A DNA stretch of 64,000 nucleotides, from positions 133,080 to 197,079 of the forward strand of contig CBFFRP010000138.1 of assembly GCA_965644295.1 (NCBI GenBank), read 5' to 3'. Position 1 is the first letter of the stretch. The number at the start of each line of letters is the position of its first letter. Position numbers and translations under genes: made by a program. The notes under the pieces are model-generated. The model ran no database searches. It was not told the DNA's origin and saw only the letters and a program-made list of their open reading frames with translations. Positions 1-12,268 of this stretch are shown in pieces. The DNA comes from Paraphysomonas bandaiensis (Eukaryota > Protista > Chrysophyceae).

Positions 1-1100
1 ATACAGAGGACCCAACACACATATGGGATACAAAGACATACAATATGGCTGCAAGGGGTGGACACTTGGATGTGCTGAGGTGGCTTCGTTCACAGAACCC
101 TCCTTGTCCATGGGGTGCAGTCACTTGCCGCGAAGCTGCTAGGTGCGGACACTTGGATGTGTTGAAGTGGCTTCGTGCACAGGACCCTCCATGTCCATGG
201 AATGCATTTACATGTGAAATGGCTGCTATGGGAGGACACTTTGATGTTCTGAAGTGGCTTCGTGCACAGGACCCTCCATGTCCATGGGATGCACGGACTT
301 GTGATATGGCTGCTTTCGGTGGGCACCTGGATGTTCTGAAGTGGCTTCGTTCACAGGACCCTCCATGTCCATGGCGTAAACGGACTTGCTGCGAAGCTGC
401 TAGGGGTGGTGACTTGGATGTTCTGAAGTGGCTTCGTTCACAGGACCCTCCATGTCCATGGGATGAAGACACTTGTGATAAGGCTGCTTTCGGTGGGCAC
501 CTGGATGTTCTGAAGTGGCTTCGTTCACAGGACCCTCCTTGTCCATTGGATACACGGACTTGCTGCGAAGCTGCTAGGGGTGGACACTTGGATGTTCTGA
601 AGTGGCTTCGTTCACAGGACCCTCCATGTCCATGGGATGCACAGACTTGTAGTATGGCTGCTATGGGAGGACATTTTGATATTCTGAAGTGGCTTCGTGT
701 ACAGGACCCTCCATGTCCATGGAATGCATTAACTTGTAGTATGGCTGCTATGGGAGGACATTTTGATATTCTGAAGTGGCTTCGTTCACAGGACCCTCCA
801 TGTCCATGGGATGCAGACACTTGCCGCGAATCTTCTGTGGGTGGACACTTGGATGTTCTGAAGTGGCTTCGTTCACAGGACCCTCCATGTCCATGGGATA
901 CACGGATTTGTAATACGGCTGCTATGGGAGGACACCTGGATGTTTTGAAATGGCTGCGGTTACAGGACCCTCCATGTCCATGGGATGAACGGATTTGTGA
1001 TATGGCTGCTATGGGTGGACACTTGGATGTTCTGAAGTGGCTTCGTGCACAGGACCCTCCATGTCCATGGGATACACGGACTTATGATTATGGCTTCTAG
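1..1100 (+). CDS. Ankyrin-like 29-aa repeat protein (QDPPCPW type), paralog 1, 5'-truncated by the window edge
   Basis: About 12 in-frame 87-bp repeats (AAxxGHLDVLKWLRSQDPPCPWxxxTCxx). Position 1 onward matches 6051 onward of paralog 2, so the true start lies upstream of the window. Confidence 0.85.
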   Translation, partial: TEDPTHIWDTKTYNMAARGGHLDVLRWLRSQNPPCPWGAVTCREAARCGHLDVLKWLRAQDPPCPWNAFTCEMAAMGGHFDVLKWLRAQDPPCPWDARTCDMAAFGGHLDVLKWLRSQDPPCPWRKRTCCEAARGGDLDVLKWLRSQDPPCPWDEDTCDKAAFGGHLDVLKWLRSQDPPCPLDTRTCCEAARGGHLDVLKWLRSQDPPCPWDAQTCSMAAMGGHFDILKWLRVQDPPCPWNALTCSMAAMGGHFDILKWLRSQDPPCPWDADTCRESSVGGHLDVLKWLRSQDPPCPWDTRICNTAAMGGHLDVLKWLRLQDPPCPWDERICDMAAMGGHLDVLKWLRAQDPPCPWDTRTYDYGF

Positions 1101-1335
1101 TAGTGGACACTTGTATGTGCTGAACTTGCTTCTTGTAAAGGACCCTCCATGTCCATGGGATGCGCGGACTTGTATTATGACTGCTATGGGTGGACTCTTG
1201 GGTGTTCTGAAGTGGCTTCGTTCACAGGACCCTCCTTGTCTATGGAGTATAGACACGTGGAATGTGGCTTCTAGTAGTGGACATTTGGATGTGTTGAAGT
1301 GGCTTCGTTCACAGGACCCTCAATGTCGAATGTAG
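1090..1335 (+). pseudogene. Out-of-frame ankyrin-like repeats downstream of the paralog 1 stop
   Basis: After a 1-nt insertion near 1088, about 2.7 more repeats continue in the shifted frame (ASSSGHLYVL...QDPQ). Confidence 0.75.
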
Positions 1336-1669
1336 AAGCTTGCAATATGGTTACTAGAGGAGGTACATTCGCAACAGTAAGTAGTGGATTCTTCGTATCC
1401 GTAGTGGTACACACTGGTAGTATATGCTGGTCACATCGACTGGCTGCACCCCTATTATACCTTGTAGTATTTTTTATTCACTGGTAGTTTAAACAGGTCA
1501 CATCTATTGTCTGCACTCCTATTTATACTATAGTGTTTATAATATAATTAGGTATACTCTAAGATTATTTCATGAAATTAAAAAAATGATTTACGTTTTA
1601 GTATACAATATACCTCATACTATCCCTTAGAAGTACGATAGATACAAATACTGTATAGTAACAAAGACT

Positions 1670-2130
1670 GACGATTGTTAACACCAAATTATGGCGAACC
1701 CCGGTTTGATAACCTTGGTAACGGCTCGCTATGCATCAACAGGTTGTATCACGAATAGCACACAACACACAAGTGTAGAAGCAATATATTATTAGTATTA
1801 TTGTTTAGTCTAAAAGCATCAACCTGATTCTCAATTTATAATTCTCGCCAAGGAGTACTGCGTATACAACCAGATTGCTAGCAGCAATGTTACTATATAT
1901 ACTATCTAACTTATAATCTCAGCATAGAGTAATAATCTTGTTCAGTTATGTAGTTATGTCATATTCTAACATAGTTGGCTCAGCTTCCATTTTTAATGCA
2001 ATATAGACGTCAGCAAAATATAGTAGAAACAAATGGTTACATTTTAGTTTAGTAGGAATGTCGGTTAAATTTAGTAGGGACAAATACACTACCGTTCAAG
2101 AATATGCCACAGCCATCTGGTACTGAATAT
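1670..2130. repeat. Interspersed repeat; other copies at about 8610-8725 and 9130-9575, partial inverted copy at about 9010-9120
   Basis: Near-identical blocks such as TTATGGCGAACCCCGGTTTGATAACCTTGGTAACGGCTCGC occur three times. Confidence 0.8.
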
Positions 2131-2803
2131 GATTTGAAGCTGTGGTACCCAGTCCTCTCAGAGTTAGGGCCATGTCGTAGGCTTGACACAAACAAGACCA
2201 CTTGCATCGATTGCGGCTACCAGCTAGATTCTCTCACACATATATATGGTACTTGACTGTACTCACGATTCTATTGCACAAGAAAGACTTCAAGCCTTAC
2301 GGGGCGAGACACTACTGCCTTGGATCACTCCAGTTCTAATGGTTGAGGGATTTGAAATGACCCTCTTTATATTCTTTCACAAAATTACACTTTTGCACAT
2401 TCGAGAAACTACTCAACGATAACTTGCTACCGTCTGCCTTCATCTGACATCGCTACATACAGCAGACGAACAGATGCAGTATGTAAGTATATGTAATGAT
2501 CAGTATCTTATTATTCGGGATCAAAGTGAAGGAAAATTACTCTATACAACTGCAGTATAACTACGGCTAAAATACAGATAATTGTTATCTCAATACTAGA
2601 GGCATCTTGGAACAAAAATATACAAAGGATGCCGATACGCATATAATTAATTGTATTTTTCTGTATATTGCCTATCAATTTTTTCACAACAATCAACCAA
2701 AAAAGGGATTTTTCTATTTAAAACTAGATTTTATGCAAAAATCCCTGTACCAAGCCAAAATTCATCCACTATAACGAGGATATCCACCATAATAACGCGA
2801 ACT

Positions 2804-5593
2804 GACTATAGGAAGTAGGGTCCCAACTAATGCCGATTTCAGATTTTTTGGTTCCTGCTTGTGCCGATTTTTTTTATAGAAAAGTGCACGATTGGTATGA
2901 AGATTAACTGACTTCAGGCAGATCTCTCATACATACATGCACTGAGTCACACATTGCACATAAGGTTGCACATTATACTGCGCACCATTCATATCAGACA
3001 ATGTCACAACAGTATCAATGTAAGCTCGTGCCCAATACATAACGTAGGGGCTCTGAATCCATGCCGTTGTTGGGACCATCGACCAGTCAGCAGCGATATC
3101 GCAACAACAAGGGATCATCCTGACTATGTGCCTCATAGGACAGTAGTGAATCGTGTACTTTGATCATTGGGAGACTCGCCTTTGCCTGATAAAGTATCTA
3201 GGAAGGATGGAAACATACCAACTATGACCAGAGAGGTATGACTGGGGTTAAGCTCCTTTCTCTACGGTGAATCTACACTCTGAAGGAGCGCAAAATATTT
3301 GTTTGCAAGGTAGTTGTTATTTTGTTCTTATCTACTTGTGTATATGTCTACGATTTATAATATCATGTATATCTAGTTGCCTTGTTGAAGGGTGTCATCT
3401 CCACAACTGGAAGAGAAATCATACTGGAAAAGTATGGTGCTGTATTGTACACACAAATCGATGATAGGGCACAGTTTCGGGATATTCTTCGGTTAGACTT
3501 TGGTAGTACCGAAGATGCGTCCTCTTTTCGCTACTTCTGCAAAAGACCCTCCAACTACATCATTGTGGATATGGTCTTCCCTCTTGGTCGTACCCAGAGC
3601 CATATTTCCAACAGCATTGACCGCGATATTATGGCCTCGACGTCTGAACTTCTGGACCGATTAGACGTCTGATCTTCATAAGCGCTTCATGTAGGAAGTA
3701 CTACATGTGCATTCACATTCATGCGGTTGGAAGAGGCCTATTGCGGCAAGAGTTCAATTCGCTCCAACTTTATGGTTCCCGGAAAGCTTTGAAATCCAGT
3801 GACGCCAGGCTTCTCCAGACATTCGGACTGTTCTGTCGCTGGTTTCTCACAGGAGCGCCAGGTGGCTGTGGAAGAGCAGCCGGGGATGAAACACATGGTA
3901 TTATGTGGAGCCGTATGAGGGGGGTTCAGACTTCTGCCTTCTCATCAAGAGCACCACGGCATATTTCCATGAGAAGGGCTGGATCACCCCCGCCCGCGAA
4001 TACTAATATTTGTAGTAGTTTGTATGTTTATATCATGTAAACGATGTGTGAACTGCACACCTTTACACCTGCCATATGTGAACAACTACACACCACATTT
4101 TTCTCCTATAAGAGTACTCATTATAAATATCTCCTATACTCATTATTAATTTCTTTTAATACTTGAATCTTATTTCCACTACTACTTACAAGGGTTGCGA
4201 AAAAATTAATTGGTGAGATGCAAACACTACCCAAGAACCCAATTATTGTCGTTGCAATTAATTGCCTTCTATTCTAGTGCTTGATTTTAACATAGCTTGC
4301 ACTACTTACTTCTGCTAGCTACCTTCGCCCTCAACAAAGTCGGAATCGCACCTTTTATTCTGAGTTCTCCGGGAAACTAACGTGAGCCCCATATATAGTA
4401 AGCAGATATTGTTCTGCCCACTCATAGCAGAATGTTTGTGTGATACACGGGACAAAATAGTGTCACTTCTCGTATAAACGTCTTTGGGCCTTGACTATTA
4501 AACAGACATCCGGGAATGGGCCCACCTCAAGAGTATCTGGGGTATTGGACTGCATACTGAAGCCATGCATCCGGGCTATTCATCTTAAGGACAGAGAGGG
4601 AAAGTGGCTGCACCATGGTGCTTGTGGTGACGCACAAGCAGCTTTCGTAGCGCCAAATAGTAGGATATCTTAGTTAAGCACTAGTTAATTATATTGCTTG
4701 GCTAAATTAGTGCTGACTCTTACATGCCTACTGCTAATAATCAGACATTCACTACTAGCTACTTTCGCAAAATCTATCTACTGAATTGATCCGAAGTCAC
4801 CAATCAGCATCATCTGAACACTGGCCAGTGGATAGTCCCTTTCCAGCGCTTACAGTGCATTCCAACACGCGTTTCGTCGACCAATGTGTCAAATATAGTG
4901 ATATATATTCTTTTACCATTACTAACATCACCATCACTATCTGAAATGTCGGAATTGCTGCCCATATGATTGCATAGGTGTCAACCTCTAGTATTGAGGT
5001 AGGTGCATTGCTTTGGATTAATAGGAACGTAATGATGATATCATACAAAATTCATACACAATTATGAGTGCACAGTATCTACAGAGCTACATTCTACAAA
5101 CAGACAGGCTGTGTAGAGTCATGTGATGTTTGTATTCCAAGTGACACACACAGTCATGTGTGCAGCATAGAGTCTTAAATATCGGGCTACACTCAATGTT
5201 TTGAGGGAATTAGGTCTCGGATTCGAGTCCAGCACTATTGAATTAGTACAGAATGCTGTTTGTGTCCTCAGAGTCACATGGTGTGTTGATGTATCGTGTA
5301 GAGTGTGTGAAGGACTGTCATCAGTGGAGTGAGGAGGGTCATGAAAACCGGCACTAATAGGATCCTAAAAAAAAAGATAACTGAAAAACCCCTTAAGGGC
5401 ACTCACTTTGGACATGAATAACTCGAGATCCAAATCATGAATCAAGCTGGTCAATTATAATGCATCTCACACAAAATCATTCCACATCTGATGACGTATT
5501 TGCTAACGTCATCGCCACTCTGTGACTGAAACTGTGATTGACTGAAAACACCTAAAAAACCGGCATTAGTGGGGACCCTACTTCCTACCAGTG
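2804..5593. mobile_element. Putative decayed or non-autonomous TIR DNA transposon (CACTA/EnSpm-like right end)
   Basis: 27-bp inverted repeat, 2809-2835 vs 5561-5587, with one mismatch. The right end reads CACTGGTAGGAAG on the minus strand. No clear TSD and no intact transposase. Confidence 0.55.
4360..4745. repeat. GC-richer interspersed repeat family; related copies at about 32030-32295, 49645-49750 and inverted at about 33780-33840
   Basis: Shared blocks GGAAACTAACGTGAG...GGGAATGGGCCC...CTTAAGGACAGAG...TGCACC(A/T)TGGTGCTTG...TTAAGCACTA. Confidence 0.7.
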
Positions 5594-5713
5594 CAGTCTG
5601 TATATGATGCATCATACTGCTGTATGTTCAGGAGGGCAGTGTGTTGATGTATCCTCATATACGATTCGTAGTGTAGTTCTAGTCAGAGTGTATGTATGTC
5701 AATCTTGTAGTGC

Positions 5714-7237
5714 ATGTATATGAGCCTCACACACCCTCAGCGTATTATCAGTGTTGACATGTCGAGTATAGCTGATCTTAATGATGATGTTCTTCGTCTG
5801 ATCATCTCTATGATCCCACCCTCAGCTCTCCTTCCTGTGATGATGACTTGTAAGAGACTTCACGATATGGCTGATAGCACGAGAGACAAGAGCAGAGAGA
5901 GACTTGAGTCACGTGCATCTCACTACTGTATGACCAACTCAATGGTCTCATGGGCTCTGTCTATGGGCTGCCCACACATGCTTATAATGAATGGATGCGC
6001 ACTATACGGCAGAATACAGCAGATGGAATTCCTCATAAGGCATCGTACACATACAGAGGACCCAACACACATATGGGATACAAAGACATACAATATGGCT
6101 GCAAGGGGTGGACACTTGGATGTGCTGAAGTGGCTTCGTTCACAGGACCCTCCTTGTCCATGGGGTGCAGAAACTTGTGAAATAGCTGCTATGGGTGGTC
6201 ACTTGTATGTTCTGAAGTGGCTTCGTTCACAGGACCCTCCATGTCCATGGGATGCAGGAACTTGTGAAATGGCTGCTATGGGAGGACATTTTGATATTCT
6301 TAAGTGGCTTCGTTCACCGGACCCTCCATGTCCATGGCGTGAACGGACTTGCCGCGAAGCTGCAATGGGTGGACATTTTGATATTCTTAAGTGGCTTCGT
6401 TCACAGGACCCTCCTTGTCCATGGGATGAAGAAACTTGTGATAAGGCTGCTTTGGGTGGGCACCTGGATGTTCTGAAGTGGCTTCGTTCACAGGACCCTC
6501 CTTGTCCATGGAGTGCAGACACATGCCGCGAAGCTGCTAGGGGTGGACACTTGGATGTGCTGAAGTGGCTTCGTTCACAGGACCCTCCATGTCCATGGAA
6601 TGCATTAACTTGTGAAATGGCTGCTATGGGTGGACATTTTGATATTCTTAAGTGGCTTCGTTCACAGGGCTCTCCATGTCCATGGGATGCATATACTTGT
6701 AGTATGGCTGCTATGGGTGGTCACTTGGATGTTCTGAAGTGGCTTCGTTCACAGGACCCTCCATGTCCATGGGATGTAGACACTTGTGATAAGGCTGCTT
6801 TGGGTGGTCACTTGGATGTTCTGAAGTGGCTTCGTTCACAGGATCCTCCATGTCCATGGGACGCACGTTCTTGTGAAATGGCTGCTCGTGCTAGACACTT
6901 GTATGTTCTGAAGTGGCTTCGTTCACAGGACCCTCCTTGTCCGTGGGATGCACGTTCTTGTGAAATGGCTGCTCGTTCTAGCCACTTGTATGTGCTGAAG
7001 TGGCTTCGTTCACAGGACCCTCCATGTCCATGGGATACACGGACTTGCGGCGAAGCTGCTATGGGAGGACACTTGTATGTTCTTAAGTGGCTTCGTTCGC
7101 AGGACCCTCCTTGTCCATGGGATGCACAGGCTTGTAGTATGGCTGCTTGTACTGGTCAATTGGGTGTGCTGAAGTGGCTTCGTTCACAGGACCCTCCTTG
7201 TCCTTGGGACGCACGGACTTATGATCATGGCTACTAG
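5714..7237 (+). CDS. F-box-like domain plus ankyrin-like 29-aa repeat protein, paralog 2 (intronless; start may be ATG 5759)
   Basis: N-terminal IADLNDDVLRLIISMIPPSALLPVMMTCKRLH is F-box-like, followed by about 13 in-frame 87-bp repeats. Confidence 0.85.
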   Translation: MYMSLTHPQRIISVDMSSIADLNDDVLRLIISMIPPSALLPVMMTCKRLHDMADSTRDKSRERLESRASHYCMTNSMVSWALSMGCPHMLIMNGCALYGRIQQMEFLIRHRTHTEDPTHIWDTKTYNMAARGGHLDVLKWLRSQDPPCPWGAETCEIAAMGGHLYVLKWLRSQDPPCPWDAGTCEMAAMGGHFDILKWLRSPDPPCPWRERTCREAAMGGHFDILKWLRSQDPPCPWDEETCDKAALGGHLDVLKWLRSQDPPCPWSADTCREAARGGHLDVLKWLRSQDPPCPWNALTCEMAAMGGHFDILKWLRSQGSPCPWDAYTCSMAAMGGHLDVLKWLRSQDPPCPWDVDTCDKAALGGHLDVLKWLRSQDPPCPWDARSCEMAARARHLYVLKWLRSQDPPCPWDARSCEMAARSSHLYVLKWLRSQDPPCPWDTRTCGEAAMGGHLYVLKWLRSQDPPCPWDAQACSMAACTGQLGVLKWLRSQDPPCPWDARTYDHGY

Positions 7238-8247
7238 GGGTGGACACTTGTATGTTCTGAAGTGGCTTCGTGTACAGGACCCTCCATGTCCATGGGATGC
7301 AGACACTTGCCGCGAAGCTGCTATGGGAGGACACTTGGATGTGCTGAAGTGGCTTCGTTCACAGGACCCTCCTTGTCCATGGGATGCACGTTCTTGTGAA
7401 ATGGCTGCTCGTTCTAGCCACTTGTATGTGCTGAAGTGGCTTCGTTCACAGGACCCTCCATGTCCATGGGATACACGGACTTGCGGCGAAGCTGCTATGG
7501 GAGGACACTTGTATGTTCTTAAGTGGCTTCGTTCGCAGGACCCTCCTTGTCCATGGGATGCACAGGCTTGTAGTATGGCTGCTTGTACTGGTCAATTGGG
7601 TGTGCTGAAGTGGCTTCGTTCACAGGACCCTCCTTGTCCTTGGGACGCACGGACTTATGATCATGGCTACTAGGGGTGGACACTTGTATGTTCTGAAGTG
7701 GCTTCGTGTACAGGACCCTCCATGTCCATGGGATGCAGACACTTGCCGCGAAGCTGCTATGGGAGGACACTTGGATGTGCTGAAGTGGCTTCGTTCACAG
7801 GACCCTCCTTGTCCATGGGATACGCGGGCTTGTAGTATGGCTGCTTGTACTGGTCAATTGGGTGTGCTGAAGTGGCTTTGTTCACAGGACCCTCCATGTC
7901 CATGGGATGCACGGAATTGTGATCATTGCTACTAGGGGTGGACACTTGGATGTGCTGAAGTGGCTTTGTTCACAGGACCCTCCTTGTCCATGGGATGCAT
8001 GGGCTTGTAGTATGGCTGCTTGTACTGGTCACTTGGGTTGCTGAAGTGGCTTTGTTCACAGGGCCCTCCATGTCCATGGGATACACGGACTTGCGGCGGA
8101 GCTGCTATGGGAGGACACTTGGATGTGCTGAAGTGGCTTCGTTCACAGAACCCTCGTTGTCTATGGAGTATAGATACGTGGAATGTGGCTTGTAGTAGTG
8201 GATACTTGTATGTGCTGAAGCGGTTTCGTTCACAGGATCCTCAATGA
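7227..8247 (+). pseudogene. About 11-12 out-of-frame ankyrin-like repeats downstream of paralog 2
   Basis: Repeats continue past frameshift-induced TAGs at 7235, 7671 and 7933 and a -1 shift near 8035. Includes a 436-bp (5x87+1) tandem duplication. Confidence 0.8.
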
Positions 8248-8744
8248 CGATGTAGAAACTTGCAATAGGGTTGCTAGTGGAGGTACATTCACAATGGGAG
8301 GAGGGGCATTTTTCGAATCTGTAGTGGTACACACTGGTAGTATAAGCTGGTGGCATCCACTGGCTGCACCCCTATTATACCTTGTAGTATTTTTTATTCA
8401 CTGGTAGTAGAAAGTGGTAGTATCAACTGGTCGCATCTGCTGATTGCACTCCTATTTATACTATAGTGTTTATAATATAATTAGGTATTCTCCAAGATTA
8501 TTTCATGAAATTAAAAAAATGATAATTTACTTTTTAGTATCACAATATACCTCATACTATCCCTTATAAGTACGATAGGTACAGATACTGTATAGTAACA
8601 AAGACTGGCGGTTGTTAACACCGAATTATGGCGAACCCCGGTTTGATAACCTTGGTAACGGCTCGCAATGCATCAACAGGTTGTATCACGACTAGCACAC
8701 TACATACAAGTGTAGAAGCAATATATTATTCTTGCTGCCCTGCT

Positions 8745-9015
8745 TGCCACATTCCGAGAGCGTGCCCTAGACTAGTCAAGTGCTAGTGTTGATTAAGTAA
8801 GTATCGTATAGATTATTAATAAAATTCCAGCGTATTCTTTGTGTGTCGCACCAAGCAAGCTCTGGCTATATCTACACTATACTTTCATAGCATATATGGG
8901 ATTACGAGAAACTTCGCGCACTTTAGGCCTATACTGAGTCATGCATGGTCACGAGAAGCTCCGTGTATTCTTTGTAGATAATAATGGGAAGGTAAACATG
9001 ATGGTCCTACTAGAT
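8745..9015. repeat. Partial copy of the element at 56746-57266
   Basis: Colinear homology CATTCCGAGAGCGT...GAGTCATGCATGGTCACGAGAAGCTCCG...GGTCCTACTAGA. Confidence 0.75.
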
Positions 9016-10402
9016 ATATTATATATAGTAACATTGCTTCTAGTGATCTGGTTGTATATGCGGTACTTCTTGGCGAGAATCATTAACTGAGCATCAGGTT
9101 GAAGCTTTTAGGCTAAAAAATAGAAATCAGTCGATTATTAACACCAAATTATGGCGAACCCCGGTTTGATAACCTTGGTAACGGCTCGCTATGCATCAAC
9201 AGGTTGTATCACGAATAGCACACAGCACACAAGTGTAGGAACAATGTATTATTAGTATTATTGTTTAGTCTAAAAGCTTCAACCTGATGCTCAGTTTATG
9301 ATTCTAGCCAAGAAGTACCGCGTATACAACCAGATCGCTAGAACCAATGTTACTATATATAACATATCTAACTTATAATCTCAGCATAGAGTGATAATCT
9401 TGTTCAGTTATGTCATATTCTAACATAGTTGGCTCAGCTTCCATTTTTAATTTAATATGGACGTCAGCAAAATATAGTAGAAACAAATGGTTACATTTTA
9501 GTTTAGTAGGAATGTCGGTTAAATTTAGTAGGGACAAATACACTACCGTTCAAGAATATGCCACATCTGATACTGAGGATTTATTTTCTATGTGAACTTT
9601 ATTATAATTACCTAAGAAGTATATATTTCTCATTGAATATTACCACTAGCCGTAAATCGCATTTCTCTTCCAAAAAAGCCTTCAATTATAGTGGTAGCAT
9701 TAACTCTCTCCTATCATTTATTTTTACCTATCTCATCTTAGACATTCACGACCTTACAGTGTCACAGAGTTTCAGTTTATTATCATAGCATTTCATTAAT
9801 TCGTATGATACTGTGCTTAACTACCGTATTCGTCACCAACAAGTATGTATTTCAAAATCTACTTTAATACTCTTGTATTATGTGCTCATTATATTGACCG
9901 TGGATCATGGTTGTTGCTAAATTAACTTTGAAGTGATAAACGTCGGCTTTGTGCTTATTGTATAACACTAACTGCTATTGGTGCTCCTTTTTGCAGACAT
10001 ATAAAATATGATATATTCATAATTTATATTCTTTCTATGGGCCTGATAGCACTGTACTTGATATATATAAAAAGAATCACTTGTAGTTATAGATCAGACT
10101 GTAAAATACTGATAACCTTGATTGTGTATACCGCAGTTCGAATGGGTTCTGATGCTCTTATCCCATTAACACATCAAAACTACTGTATTTACTTACACAT
10201 AAATATATTTTACACAATCGTCACAGAGAAGTGGAATACATCATAAACTTTCCAATTTCATATAAATATAAGTGCATGTATTTGAAGTAGATCGATGCAT
10301 CACATTACGACCTCAGGTCCATAGTACACTGCTCGACCAAATGAGGTATCGCTACTATCAACAAACCCTTTCTTGAATGAAATAACGTTATGAGTATTGA
10401 CA

Positions 10403-12268
10403 TTATTCTTCGCAATACACCTTATTTCGTGGAGAAGTGCACACAGCGGTCACAAGCTCAGCCTTAGTCCCAACCTCGACACCGCATACATTCTCCGAGT
10501 AGAACTTGGTGTATTCCTCGGAGATAAAGTGAAAGTTATCAATTGTTTCCTGTAGGTCTTTGACCCAACTTTTCGATACAGGTTTACTTAGCCCATCATT
10601 TGACTCAGTGCCAAACATGAATCTTGAACATATATCGATACCAACTTGCTTAAGGTCTGGAGTATAATGCGGAAGTTCCTTGCATGCTTCCACACCACTC
10701 CAGCTATACCCCAAATCCGCGAACCACTTCTCTCCTTTAAGATCACTGTAGTTTGGTCTATGCAAAGGTCTGACATCAAGAAGTCGACAAAGCACACTCC
10801 GACATTCGTAAGATAAAACACCGTGCACTTTACTTTCCTGAGGGATGACACTCCAGAGTGTTCGAGGCAGGGAAATGTCATATATGCTGTCGCCACAGGA
10901 TTCAAACGGAGCATTGCAATTATTTCCCGACTCAATATTTATACCATCACAAACACTGGTCACAGGAGTATTCCTTAGTGGCTGGTCGGCGCTATGAGAC
11001 ATCTGATGGTTCTGGATGGATACTTTCTCAGCCACATACTGAGTATCCCTCATTTTGTTCATTGGAGATGGTTCTGGAGAGCTAACGTAATCCAAGGTAC
11101 ACCCCTCTATGGCATCAGCTGACCAGCGCGTTAATAGAGATACTGGCATCTCTGGGTATGACATCGGCACACTCAAAGAATGGGACCGCGCAGGCAGCTT
11201 CGAGGAGTTCTTGTCATTTCTCAAGCGGAGCAGAGTTGAGGCGAAGGGAAGCTGAGGTGGTGTCTGCTTGACAGATGCAACAGCGGGCTGCTTGTCACTA
11301 TCCAGAGTTAAGTTGAAACTCTTTATATAATGTGATTGCTTTTCCATAGTCTCTTTCAGCTGACGCTGCTCTTCCGCATAATCAATAAATTCGTGTGGAC
11401 AATGCTTGTAAAACGGGCGCCTGTTGAATAGTAGCTCGTATGCCAATACACCTGGTATAAAAAATTGTCAACATGCTATGCTTAAGTGCAATAATTCAGC
11501 ACTCGTTCACAAATGAGTGCGTTGCAATGGATATACGCACCCTCAAAATAGGTAATAACTAAGTAGCTAGAACTCACCTAGACTCCAATAATCCGACGGC
11601 GTACCATGCTGGTGATATTTGGTGAAGAGCTCAGGTGCCAAATACGGTCTAGTCCCACTAGCCATTTTACACTCAATCACACCAGAGGATGCGAATTCAT
11701 CACACACGTAAGACACCCCAAAGTCGGTTAGCATGGGAAATCCGTGATCATTGTACATCACATTCTCTGGCTTTACATCTCTATTAGCCATACATATACA
11801 TATTATTATTGTGATGATGCAATCTATAAAAAGTTACTACCGGTGCAGAACACCACGTGAGTGAATATGATCAAGAGCAGAGCTCAGGCACATAATAATA
11901 AACGCAACTCTCTGTTCAGTGAATAAACAACCTTTCTTGAGATGGTATCTGAGATCACCACCCACACATAGATCAAGAGCAAGATAAAACGCTTTTGTAT
12001 CACAAAATGCAAAATGTGCTTTTACAATAAAAGGATGTTTACCTACAACATGTAATGCATTTAATTCTGTTCGTATTAGTTTTAATCCATTTTTATGAGA
12101 TAAAACACGTGATATTTTTTGTTCTTTGATTGCTAACCATTCATTGCTATGTATGTGTTGAGCAGAGTATACTTTACCAAATCCTCCTTTACCGATAATA
12201 AAAGAGAATATGAAATGATGAGGTGATAATGTAGAGTTATGTATGTATTGGGAGGATGTACAGCCCAT
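10403..12268 (-). CDS. AGC-like Ser/Thr protein kinase, 3 exons (12268-11841, 11780-11578, 11451-10403)
   Basis: IGKGGFGKV, LAIKE, HRDVKPEN across a splice junction, DFG, GTRPYLAPE, DYWSLG. N-terminal MGCTSS suggests lipidation. Confidence 0.9.

Larger units (their letters stand above)
1..1790 (+). repeat. Segmental duplication; partner is about 6051-8730
   Basis: Both the coding repeats and the 3' flank (about 1320-1790 vs about 8240-8730) are clearly homologous. Confidence 0.85.

Noticed and set aside
5489-5535. Hammerhead ribozyme (CTGATGA core; also at about 57602)
   Set aside because: No stem II followed directly by GAAA; only a simple hairpin at 5491-5514.
90-8356. Antisense and alternative-frame ORFs over the 87-bp repeats
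   Set aside because: They are shadow ORFs of the repetitive coding sequence.
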